Source: Alphaproteobacteria bacterium | GTDB lineage: Bacteria > Pseudomonadota > Alphaproteobacteria > SPJN01 | NCBI GenBank assembly: GCA_965227065.1 | Contig: CBDDFN010000019.1 | Location: forward strand, 6,731 to 70,730 | Length of the DNA: 64,000 nt | Direction: 5' to 3' | Part shown: in pieces, positions 10,104 through 18,715 of the stretch | How positions within the stretch are numbered: position 1 is the first letter of the stretch | Layout: every line of letters begins with the position of its first letter | Position numbers and translations under genes: made by a program | The notes under the pieces: generated by a model | Databases searched by the model: none | What the model was told of the DNA's origin: nothing | What the model saw: only the letters and a program-made list of their open reading frames with translations

Positions 10104-10210
10104 CCGTCATTCCGGACGAAGCCCCGCTTCGATCCGGAATCCCGGTGCAAGGGCCCAGGCATGGGGCGGGATTCCGGGTTCGCCGCCCAAGCGTCGCCCC
10201 GGAATGACAT
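10104..10210. repeat. REP-like palindromic intergenic element, copy A (two inverted hairpin modules)
   Basis: Termini GTCATTCCGG (10106-10115) and CCGGAATGAC (10199-10208). Internal inverted pair CCGGAATCCCGG / CGGGATTCCGG. The same motif family recurs at 33038, 41781, 48779 and on both sides of the GIY-YIG gene at 54710 / 55037. Confidence 0.75.
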
Positions 10211-10232
10211 TAAGACAGGGAGAGGCCCACAT

Positions 10233-11519
10233 ATGATCCCCCGCTATACCCGCGAAGAAATGGCGTCAATCTGGACGCCCGAAAGCAAGTTCCAGATCTG
10301 GCTTGAGATTGAGGCCTATGCAGCCGAAAAACTTGAAGAGCTGGGCGTAATCCCTCAAGGCGTTGCCAAAGCGGTGTGGGAACGGGGCCAGTTTGATGTT
10401 GAGCGGATCGATGAGATCGAGCGCGAGGTCAAACATGACGTCATCGCCTTTCTGACCAATCTGGCCGAATATGTCGGTGAGGAAGCCCGCTTCGTCCACC
10501 AAGGCATGACCAGTTCCGACGTGCTCGACACCTGCTTTAATGTTCAGTTGGTGCGCGCGGCCGATCTTCTGCTTGACGATATGGACAAGGTGCTTGCCGC
10601 GCTCAAGACCCGGGCGCTTGAACACAAGGACACGGTCACCATCGGCCGGTCCCACGGCATCCATGCCGAGCCGGTCACCTTCGGTCTCAAGCTTGCGGGC
10701 TATTATGCCGAATTCAGCCGCAACCGGGACCGGCTGGAAGCCGCACGCGCCGAGGTGGCGACCTGCGCAATTTCGGGTGCCGTCGGCACCTTTGCCAATA
10801 TCGACCCGCAAGTGGAAGAGCATGTCGCCGAAAAGATGGGGCTGGCGCCGGAGCCGGTCTCAACCCAGGTCATCCCGCGCGACCGTCACGCCATGTTCTT
10901 TGCCACGCTCGGTGTTGTGGCAAGCTCGATCGAGCGGCTCGCCACCGAAATCCGTCATCTCCAGCGCACCGAAGTGCTGGAGGCTGAGGAATATTTCTCC
11001 GCCGGGCAGAAGGGCTCATCAGCCATGCCGCACAAGCGCAATCCGGTGCTGACCGAAAATCTCACCGGGCTCGCGCGGCTTGTCCGCTCCGCCGTCATTC
11101 CGGCGATGGAGAATGTGGCGCTGTGGCATGAACGCGATATTTCCCACAGCTCGGTTGAACGCGGCATCGGTCCTGACGCGACCGTGACGCTTGATTTCGC
11201 ACTCAACCGTCTGGCGGGCGTGGTTGAAAAGCTGGTCGTCTATCCCGAGCGCATGATGGACAATATGAATGCGCTCGGTGGACTTGTCTTCTCCCAGCGT
11301 GTGCTGCTGGCCCTCACCCAGAAAGGCGTTTCCCGCGAAGACAGCTACCGGCTCGTCCAACGCAATGCCATGCCGGTATGGCTTGAGGGCAAGGATTTCC
11401 TCGCCTTGCTCAAAGCAGACGAGGAAGTGGTCTTATCGGATGACGAGCTCGAAGCTTTGTTCGACCTTGGCTATCACACCAAACATGTCGACACGATCTT
11501 CAAGCGGGTGTTTGGCTAA
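10233..11519 (+). CDS. purB: adenylosuccinate lyase
   Basis: Fumarate-lyase signature GSSAMPHKRNP. The N-terminus MIPRYTREEM is typical of PurB. ~428 aa from the ATG at 10233. Confidence 0.93.
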   Translation: MIPRYTREEMASIWTPESKFQIWLEIEAYAAEKLEELGVIPQGVAKAVWERGQFDVERIDEIEREVKHDVIAFLTNLAEYVGEEARFVHQGMTSSDVLDTCFNVQLVRAADLLLDDMDKVLAALKTRALEHKDTVTIGRSHGIHAEPVTFGLKLAGYYAEFSRNRDRLEAARAEVATCAISGAVGTFANIDPQVEEHVAEKMGLAPEPVSTQVIPRDRHAMFFATLGVVASSIERLATEIRHLQRTEVLEAEEYFSAGQKGSSAMPHKRNPVLTENLTGLARLVRSAVIPAMENVALWHERDISHSSVERGIGPDATVTLDFALNRLAGVVEKLVVYPERMMDNMNALGGLVFSQRVLLALTQKGVSREDSYRLVQRNAMPVWLEGKDFLALLKADEEVVLSDDELEALFDLGYHTKHVDTIFKRVFG

Positions 11520-14500
11520 GGCAGCATATCGATCATAATGCCCTGTTCGACCCATACGGTCGCCTGGCCTGAAACATAGGCATCAAACAGCGTGCCGGTG
11601 CCGAGCTGATCGACACCGGTTGCCCCGGCGGCGAAATCTGCTGCCAGCTCCACCGTGTCGGCCGGATCGCCGGTGATAAACAGGCTATTGCTGACATCCG
11701 ACAGCTGGAACAGGGCCTGGACCGAATCGACAGTGAGGGTGTTGGCGCTGCTGCCAGACAGATCAAAAAGCTCAACCTCCTGAATGTCGGGGATGAGACC
11801 CGACAGGTCCAAATCACCGGCCAAATCAAGATTGAGGCTGTCAAAGCCCGCCCCGCCATCAATGCGGAAGAAGCCCGCATCACCAACACTGATGAGATCA
11901 TCACCATTGCCGGTACGGATCACATCGGCACCACCGCCACCTGAAACACTGTCTTCGAGATAAGTGCCGATCAACTGTTCTGCAGCCACGCTGCCCAGCA
12001 GCATGACGCCCATGTCCGGGCCGGCCCAGTCCTCGCCAAAAAATACACGCGCGCGGCCTTCCCGGCCGGTGACATCTTCATACTCATCGGGATCAAGGTC
12101 GAATTCCGGCGCGCCCACGACAAAATCGGCAAAGCCATCCCCGTTCATGTCGCTCAACGCACCAATCGAAATCCCGCCATCCGACAATGGCCCGATTTCG
12201 GGACGAATGCGGGTGATCGATGAGCCCAGAACAATTTCCATATAGTCAAAGTGCCAGGGAAAATCGAAAAAGAACGGCGCATTCAGCGCGTCGGAATTGC
12301 CCCACATGACGTCGTCAAAACCATCCCCGTTGAAATCCTCACCACCAGCTATGCCGTCCGAGAACTTGCGCGTGTCCGTATAATCGGCGCGTTCTTGCAA
12401 ATCGGCAAAGTCATGAAGTGCGATGCCCTGCGCCGGTGTCAGCGTCTCACGATCAACCACCGCGCGGCCTTCCCCATCGATCACACCAAGCGGGCTGCCC
12501 GACCCATACAGGATCGTCGTCAATGAATTAAACAGCACATCATCAAAACCATCACCGTTGAAATCACCGGCCGCCGTCATGGCATTGCTGAAATTGTCCA
12601 GCGCGACGGAATTGGATGCATCAAGGGTGGTGAGGTCCAGCACATACTGGCCCATGCCGTTATTGGCCACCAGCGCCGTGTCCGATCCGAAGACAACAAA
12701 ATCGAGATTGTCGGTCGCGCCGCTGCCCTGCACGACATAATCGCCAATATCATCGCCGTTGAAATCACCAATCCCGGCGATCGTGCCGTTTGACAGATTG
12801 GTGTTTTCAATCAGGAACCCTTCACCGGCAAGCAACGCCATGGGGTCAACCGCCACCTGGCCCATGTCGTCGGGGGTCCCAAAACCCTGATCGGTGCCGA
12901 ACAGCACGATCACCCGGTCTGTCGTTTCCTCAAATACCGGATCATACCGCTGATGCGTCAACGCCAGATCATCAATGCCGTCACCATTGATGTCGTTAAA
13001 GCCGGTGACGAAATAGCCCATCGTATCGTTGGCATTGGCCGAACGGATCACAAAGCCGTCGGCCTCGTCGATCAGCCCGAGGTCCAGCACCTGCCGGCCG
13101 TTGACCTCTGACCCGAAGCCACCCGCACTACCGAAGACAATTTTGATTTCACCATTGCCGGTGCCGCGATTGGCGATGGCGAAATCATCCAGTCCATCTC
13201 CATTGATGTCTCCGATGCCTGCCACATGTTCGGCAAAAACCGGGCTGAAGCCGGTATCGTCGTTGATCGCAAAACCCCGTGCAGGATCGGCCAGATCCTC
13301 GATGGCCAGCGGCAGCTGCGCGGTGAGATCATCCCCGGTCCCGAACATGACAAAAGCCGCGCTGTCATCGGGATCGGAGGTATCGGCAAACTTGCTGGCG
13401 ATCAGGAAATCGGTTAATCCGTCGCCATTGATATCGCCCAAAGACGCCACCAGCTCGCCATGATGATCCTGTGATTCCTGACCGTTGAGATCAAGCGAGA
13501 AGGGATATTCGGAACTGAATGTGTCGGGTACCGTTTCTGTTTCATCGGTTACTTCAACCGACACGGCGATAGGCGCAGACTGGGTCACCCCATCGGTGAC
13601 GGCGAACTCAACTTCATAAATGCCGTTGCGATCTGCGTCTGTTTCCTGTTCGAAATTGGCGAAATAGCGCAATTGCTCTTCTGTGGCATTGTACGGGAAC
13701 GTGACGCTGAATGCGTCCGCATCGGTCCCGCCCGTAATCACAAGATCAAGCGTCATTCCAGTGACCGGATCAACCAGATCAAGCGGCACTTCGCCGGTGG
13801 CAGGAGAGGAAAGAATTTCAGGCAGTACAAATCCGGTGATTGGCGTCACAAAATCTGCAATCAGTGCCGTTCCCCGGAAATGGAGAGTAACGGTTGCACT
13901 GTCAGTCTGCCCGCTTTCATCCATGATGGTGTAACTGAATGTATCACTTGCTGTGCCGTCAGGGGCGAGACCGTCAAACGCACCATCAGGATCATAGATG
14001 ATTTCACCATTGGCCAGACTGACAAGGCCCGCTGCGCCAGTAGCGTCCACACTGATGATCGTGATCTCTTCACCATCATAATCAACGTCATTGCCGAGCA
14101 CTGGAACTACAAAAGCCTGATCAGTGGCTAGCGGATAAAGTGCATCATCCAGCGCCTCAGGCACATGGTTCGTCCCATCCTTGAGAAGGACATGGCCCGG
14201 ATTAAGATCTGCGGCAATATCGAGACCCTGGAAGACCAGGGTCAGATCACCGATTTGAAGCGTGTCAGGCGCGGTTAAATAAGTCAGAAGCTCCGCAAAA
14301 TCAGCGATGGGCGTGACAAGATTGAGTGTGACCACTTCAGACGCCGTGTCGAAATCGGTCAGGATGACCGTCTGATCACTTTCATCGATCACAAAGGTGT
14401 CGGTTCCCGTCCCACCAGCCAATGTATTCGTGTCACCTGCACCGCCGGCGCTTACCAGCGTGTCATCACCACCGGCGCCGTCAAACACATCGTCACCGTC

Positions 14501-16228
14501 ACCTCCCACCAGCCGGTTGCCGGCAATATTGCCCGTAATTGTTGAGGCGAAATCCGGCGCAACAACGTTCTCAATACCGCGCGCAAGATCGGCACCAAGG
14601 CCAACATCGTAGGAAAACAGGCTGGAGCCGTAAGATAGGGTGAAAGCAGCACCCTGGGTACCGAAGCTCAGGTCAAGCGTGTCGACACCCGCACCGCCAT
14701 AAGACCGGTCATCGCCAAAGGTTTCAACAAACCAGTCATTGCCCAGATCGCCCGACAGCGTGTCATTGCCATTGCCGCCTACGAAACGGTCGTCGCCCTC
14801 ATCGCCGAAAATAATGTCGCTGCCGTCACCACCATTGATCGCGTCATCGCCAAGCCCGCCATAGATGCGGTCATGGCCACCGCCGCCATGAATTGAGTTG
14901 GCGCCGTCATCTCCGACGATGGAATCATCGAAGTCGCCCGACAGGACATTTTCAATATTGGTGATGCGATCGGTACCGATCCCCGTCGCCACATTGAATG
15001 CAACAGCCCCGCGCAGGCGAATGGTCAAATCCTGGGTGGCATCGCGGAAATCGGCGGTGTCGAAGCCAGCGCCCCCATCAAGACTGTTGCTGCCCGCGCC
15101 ACCGGCAAGCCGGTCGTCCCCGTCACCGCCGTAAATCAGATCATCGCCATCCTCGCCATCAAGGAAATCATCATCCTCTTCGCCGAGGATCGTATCATGG
15201 CCCGTGCCGCCGGTGATGGTGTCCGATCCCGTGCGCCCCTCAAGCTGGTCATCGCCACCACCGCCCAGAATGCGGTCATCGCCAGCGCCACCTTCAAGCT
15301 CATCATTGCCGCCGCGGCCATCCAGAATGTCATCGCCATTGCGGCCCACCAGATGATTGTCATTGTCATCCCCGGTCAGCCGGTCATCAAAGTTCGATCC
15401 GAAAATCCCTTCAATGCCGGAGATCAGGTCGATCCCTTCGCCGCCATCGACATATTGGCCACGGCCGCCCAAAAGCGCGATGGTGATGCCCGCACTCGCC
15501 CCGGCATAGGTGATAACATCCAGTCCCGCGCCGCCATCTAGACGGTCATTGCCGGCCCCGCCGCGCAGCTCATCATCTCCGTCCCCGCCCTTGAGAACGT
15601 CATCACCGTCCCCGCCCAGGATCAGATCATCGCCTGCACCGCCATCGACCACATCCGCGCCAAGCCCGCCGAACAAAACGTCATTGTCCGCGCCGCCCCA
15701 CAGCCGGTCATCACCCTCATCGCCATAAAGAATGTCGTTGCCGTCATCGCCGACGATACGATCAGCCCCGCCGCCGCCATAGGCCCGATCATCGCCCTCA
15801 TCGCCATAGACAATATCATCGCCATCATCGCCGGTGACGACATCATCACCGAGCCCGCCATAGACCCGGTCATTGCCGCCCGCGCCCTTGACGCGGTCAT
15901 GGCCCTCGCCGCCGACCACGAGATCATCAAAGTCCCGGCCGATCAGAACATCATCGCCGCCAAACCCGTCCAGGCGCGCCGCCGCAAAGCTCGCTGTGAT
16001 CGTGTCACCGAACTGCGTGCCGTAAACATTCTCAATATTGATAAAGCTGTCGCTGCCCTGGCCGGGGCCGATCACTTGCGGCGTGGTGTACCCCAGATTG
16101 AGCACAACCCCTTCGGCAAGCCCGCGCAGATCAAGCGTGTCGATCCCGTCCAGACCATCGAGCTGGTCATCCTCACCCGGATTTTGCGTGAGAATATCGT
16201 CGGCTGACGTACCGTTGATAATTGCCAT
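11516..16228 (-). CDS. giant secreted calcium-binding adhesin-like protein: RTX nonapeptide repeats, a cadherin/Ig-like region, seven FG-GAP (integrin-alpha) repeats and a C-terminal T1SS-type secretion region
   Basis: 1570-aa ORF with no N-terminal signal peptide. It carries dozens of GGxGxDxxx repeats (GGAGNDRVYGGLGDD...). The FG-GAP motifs are DINGDGLTDF, DINGDGLDDF, DINGDGIDDL, DFNGDDIGDY, DFNGDGFDDV, DFNGDGFDDV and DMNGDGFADF. The C-terminus is acidic and hydrophobic (...VWVEQGIMIDMLP). Confidence 0.85.
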   Translation of the reverse strand: MAIINGTSADDILTQNPGEDDQLDGLDGIDTLDLRGLAEGVVLNLGYTTPQVIGPGQGSDSFINIENVYGTQFGDTITASFAAARLDGFGGDDVLIGRDFDDLVVGGEGHDRVKGAGGNDRVYGGLGDDVVTGDDGDDIVYGDEGDDRAYGGGGADRIVGDDGNDILYGDEGDDRLWGGADNDVLFGGLGADVVDGGAGDDLILGGDGDDVLKGGDGDDELRGGAGNDRLDGGAGLDVITYAGASAGITIALLGGRGQYVDGGEGIDLISGIEGIFGSNFDDRLTGDDNDNHLVGRNGDDILDGRGGNDELEGGAGDDRILGGGGDDQLEGRTGSDTITGGTGHDTILGEEDDDFLDGEDGDDLIYGGDGDDRLAGGAGSNSLDGGAGFDTADFRDATQDLTIRLRGAVAFNVATGIGTDRITNIENVLSGDFDDSIVGDDGANSIHGGGGHDRIYGGLGDDAINGGDGSDIIFGDEGDDRFVGGNGNDTLSGDLGNDWFVETFGDDRSYGGAGVDTLDLSFGTQGAAFTLSYGSSLFSYDVGLGADLARGIENVVAPDFASTITGNIAGNRLVGGDGDDVFDGAGGDDTLVSAGGAGDTNTLAGGTGTDTFVIDESDQTVILTDFDTASEVVTLNLVTPIADFAELLTYLTAPDTLQIGDLTLVFQGLDIAADLNPGHVLLKDGTNHVPEALDDALYPLATDQAFVVPVLGNDVDYDGEEITIISVDATGAAGLVSLANGEIIYDPDGAFDGLAPDGTASDTFSYTIMDESGQTDSATVTLHFRGTALIADFVTPITGFVLPEILSSPATGEVPLDLVDPVTGMTLDLVITGGTDADAFSVTFPYNATEEQLRYFANFEQETDADRNGIYEVEFAVTDGVTQSAPIAVSVEVTDETETVPDTFSSEYPFSLDLNGQESQDHHGELVASLGDINGDGLTDFLIASKFADTSDPDDSAAFVMFGTGDDLTAQLPLAIEDLADPARGFAINDDTGFSPVFAEHVAGIGDINGDGLDDFAIANRGTGNGEIKIVFGSAGGFGSEVNGRQVLDLGLIDEADGFVIRSANANDTMGYFVTGFNDINGDGIDDLALTHQRYDPVFEETTDRVIVLFGTDQGFGTPDDMGQVAVDPMALLAGEGFLIENTNLSNGTIAGIGDFNGDDIGDYVVQGSGATDNLDFVVFGSDTALVANNGMGQYVLDLTTLDASNSVALDNFSNAMTAAGDFNGDGFDDVLFNSLTTILYGSGSPLGVIDGEGRAVVDRETLTPAQGIALHDFADLQERADYTDTRKFSDGIAGGEDFNGDGFDDVMWGNSDALNAPFFFDFPWHFDYMEIVLGSSITRIRPEIGPLSDGGISIGALSDMNGDGFADFVVGAPEFDLDPDEYEDVTGREGRARVFFGEDWAGPDMGVMLLGSVAAEQLIGTYLEDSVSGGGGADVIRTGNGDDLISVGDAGFFRIDGGAGFDSLNLDLAGDLDLSGLIPDIQEVELFDLSGSSANTLTVDSVQALFQLSDVSNSLFITGDPADTVELAADFAAGATGVDQLGTGTLFDAYVSGQATVWVEQGIMIDMLP

Positions 16229-16415
16229 GTCCCGTCCACCAAAACCTTACTCACGCACAGTTCTGTACGGAGTTTTCAGAATAAACTTGATGCGGCCCGG
16301 GACCCACCCCGGCGGGACGCACCGCCCACTATGACGGACGGCGCTTGGATCAGCAAATGAAGTTTTTTATATTTAAGAAGGACTTAAAGGTTAAAGCCCT
16401 CAGCGGTGCGCGCGA

Positions 16416-16739
16416 TCAGCTCTCGTTCATCACCTGGTTTTTGGCTTCAACCAGAAGCTCATCCATCTGGCGGCGGATCTGGTGATCGGACTGCTCAACC
16501 CCGGCCTCGTCAAAATCACCCCGGACCTTGCGGAAGACATCTTCTGAGCCTTCTTCTTCAAGCTCCGACTTCACGACCGAAAAGGCATAGTCGTCGGCCT
16601 GATCGCCCGAATAGCCCAGCAGACCCGCGGCCCACAGGCCCAGAAGCTTGTTGCGGCGCGACAGGACCTTGAATTCCAGTTCCTTGTCATGGGCAAATTT
16701 GCGCTCAAAATCATCTTCACGCTTGTCGAACGCAGACAT
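16416..16739 (-). CDS. F1Fo-ATPase inhibitor zeta subunit (DUF1476)
   Basis: 107 aa. MSAFDKREDDFERKFAHDKELEFKVLSRRNKLLGLWAAGLLG closely resembles the Paracoccus zeta subunit (MTTFDDRERAHEAKFAHDAELNFKAEARRNRLLGEWAAGLLG). Confidence 0.85.
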   Translation of the reverse strand: MSAFDKREDDFERKFAHDKELEFKVLSRRNKLLGLWAAGLLGYSGDQADDYAFSVVKSELEEEGSEDVFRKVRGDFDEAGVEQSDHQIRRQMDELLVEAKNQVMNES

Positions 16740-17011
16740 GGCCGCATCTCCTCAGTTTGTGGGGTCTTTGATCTAATATGGGCCGGATATTCCTGAGTTT
16801 GAAGGGGCAAATCAACCGTTTGCGGCGCAATTTCGTCCCCGATCGAGATGAAATTTATGCGGCATTTGGGCGCGAAGCCCCCCAAGCGGCCCAATTGTCA
16901 TCCCGAAGCGGTTCAGCTATGTTTCCCCCGACTCAAAGCCGGTGCGGGGAGCGCGCCGGTTTCGCTGTTTGGAGGCCGGAACAAAACACCCGGTCTGAGG
17001 GAAGCATATCC

Positions 17012-17776
17012 ATGTCACGCCGCAGACGGCTTTATGAAGGCAAGGCCAAGATCCTCTATGAAGGTCCTGAGCCGGGCACCATCGTCCAATATTTCAAGGA
17101 TGATGCGACCGCCTTCAACAATCAGAAACACGCCGTCATCACCGGCAAAGGGGTGCTGAACAACCGCATCTCGGAATATGTCATGACCCAGCTCGCCGCC
17201 ATCGGCGTGCCGACCCATTTCATTCGCCGCCTCAATATGCGCGAACAGCTGGTGCGTCAGGTCGAGATCATTCCGCTGGAAGTGGTGCTGCGCAATGTCG
17301 CCGCCGGGTCGATCTCCAAACGGCTGGGCATTGCCGAAGGCACGCCGCTGCCGCGCACGATTGTGGAATTTTACCTCAAATCGGACGAGCTTGGCGATCC
17401 GCTGGTGTCTGAAGAACACATCACCGCCTTTAGCTGGGCCAACCCCCATGAAATTGACGAGATCATCGCCCTGTCGCTGCGGATCAATGACTTTTTGACC
17501 GGCATGTTCATGGGCGTCGGCATCAAGCTGGTGGATTTCAAGATTGAATTTGGCCGTCTGTGGGAAAATGAGCAGATGCGCATCGTGCTGGCCGACGAAA
17601 TCAGCCCCGATTCGTGCCGCCTGTGGGACGCCAAATCGGGCAACAAGCTCGACAAGGACCGGTTCCGTCAGGATATGGGCGGTCTGTCGGAAGCCTATCA
17701 GGAGGTTGCGCGACGTCTGGGCATCTTGCCCGAAGGCGGTCCCGTCGACCACAAAAGCCCTGACATCATCCAGTAA
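17012..17776 (+). CDS. purC: phosphoribosylaminoimidazole-succinocarboxamide synthase
   Basis: The protein starts [22 protein letters not shown] at the ATG at 17012; the upstream in-frame extension to 16778 was rejected. 254 aa. Confidence 0.92.
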   Translation: MSRRRRLYEGKAKILYEGPEPGTIVQYFKDDATAFNNQKHAVITGKGVLNNRISEYVMTQLAAIGVPTHFIRRLNMREQLVRQVEIIPLEVVLRNVAAGSISKRLGIAEGTPLPRTIVEFYLKSDELGDPLVSEEHITAFSWANPHEIDEIIALSLRINDFLTGMFMGVGIKLVDFKIEFGRLWENEQMRIVLADEISPDSCRLWDAKSGNKLDKDRFRQDMGGLSEAYQEVARRLGILPEGGPVDHKSPDIIQ

Positions 17777-17805
17777 TTTTTGAAAAGCCGAATGGAGTTT
17801 GCCCC

Positions 17806-18048
17806 ATGAAGGCCCGCGTCACAGTGATGCTGAAAAACGGTGTTTTGGACCCCCAAGGCAAAGCGATTGAGCATGCGCTCTCCGCCCTTGGCTTCGACAA
17901 TGCCTCCAATGTCCGCCAGGGCAAGGTGATTGAGCTGGTGCTCAGCGAAACCGATCCCGACGCCGCGGAAAAAGAAGTGACCGAAATGTGCGAGAAGCTT
18001 CTCGCCAACACGGTCATTGAACGCTATTCGATCGAGCTTGAGGGTTAG
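17806..18048 (+). CDS. purS: FGAM synthase subunit PurS
   Basis: 80-aa PurS fold protein immediately upstream of purQ-purL. Confidence 0.9.
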   Translation: MKARVTVMLKNGVLDPQGKAIEHALSALGFDNASNVRQGKVIELVLSETDPDAAEKEVTEMCEKLLANTVIERYSIELEG

Positions 18049-18052
18049 CCCG

Positions 18053-18715
18053 ATGGACGCCAGCGTCATTGTCTTTCCCGGCTCGAACTGCGACCGGGAT
18101 GTGAAAGTCGCGCTTGAGGCCGCCACCGGCAAGCCGCCCGCCATGGTCTGGCATGATGAGGCAAGCCTGCCGAAATCCGACCTGATCGTGCTGCCCGGCG
18201 GCTTTTCCTATGGCGATTATCTGCGCTGTGGTGCGATGGCCCGGCGCACCAAGATCATGCCCGAAGTGATCAAGGCGGCAAAGGCCGGCACCCCGGTGCT
18301 GGGCATTTGCAACGGTTTCCAGATCCTGACCGAATGCGGCCTGCTGCCCGGCGCGTTGATGCGCAATGCCAATCTCTTGTTTATCTGCAAGACGGTGGGC
18401 CTGACCGTCGCCACGCAAGCCAGCCCGTTCACAAAAGCCTATCAGAAGGACCAGCAAATCGCGGTCCCTGTCGCCCATCATGACGGCAATTATTTCGCCG
18501 ACGCCGACACGCTGGAAAAGCTGGAAGATGAAGACCGCATCGCCTTCCGCTACACCGAAAACCCCAACGGGTCAGCCCGCGACATTGCCGGCATCCTGTC
18601 GGAAAACCGCCGGGTTCTGGGCATGATGCCCCACCCTGAACGCGCGTCCGAGCCCGCCCATGGCGGCACCGACGGCGCAACCTTGTTTCAATCGATTGTG
18701 GAGACGCTCGCATGA
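18053..18715 (+). CDS. purQ: FGAM synthase glutaminase subunit PurQ
   Basis: Class I glutamine amidotransferase with ICNGFQ (catalytic Cys) and MMPHPER (His). Start at [14 protein letters not shown] (18053). Confidence 0.92.
   Translation: MDASVIVFPGSNCDRDVKVALEAATGKPPAMVWHDEASLPKSDLIVLPGGFSYGDYLRCGAMARRTKIMPEVIKAAKAGTPVLGICNGFQILTECGLLPGALMRNANLLFICKTVGLTVATQASPFTKAYQKDQQIAVPVAHHDGNYFADADTLEKLEDEDRIAFRYTENPNGSARDIAGILSENRRVLGMMPHPERASEPAHGGTDGATLFQSIVETLA

Noticed and set aside
10001-10210. ORFs 10019-10207 (+) and 10001-10210 (-) in the NUDIX-purB spacer.
   Set aside because: They span the palindromic REP-like element. Palindromes generate symmetric ORFs on both strands, and the translations are low-complexity.
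14400-16100. DNA-level periodicity that could suggest a CRISPR or tandem repeat array.
   Set aside because: The periodicity is 27 nt (nonapeptide) and imperfect. It reflects the RTX GGxGxDxxx codon repeats within a CDS, and there are no spacer/repeat units or cas genes.
11533-16334. Many 60-150-aa ORFs on the plus strand or in other minus-strand frames inside the giant RTX gene (for example 13029-13463, 13673-14131, 15197-15541, 15622-15930, and the overlapping minus-strand ORFs 13072-13389 and 15136-15369).
   Set aside because: They lie entirely inside one continuous 1570-aa ORF with a coherent domain structure. Their Ser/Pro/Ala-rich translations are the typical out-of-frame or antisense artefacts of GC-rich repetitive coding DNA.
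16740-17011. Possible ZTP (pfl) or other purine-related riboswitch in the 272-bp purC leader.
   Set aside because: The conserved ZTP 3' pseudoknot motif CCGCCUGGGC, and its 5' partner, are absent from the leader. No other known riboswitch core was recognisable. Only a degenerate fragment GTCATCCCG of the repeat family is present.
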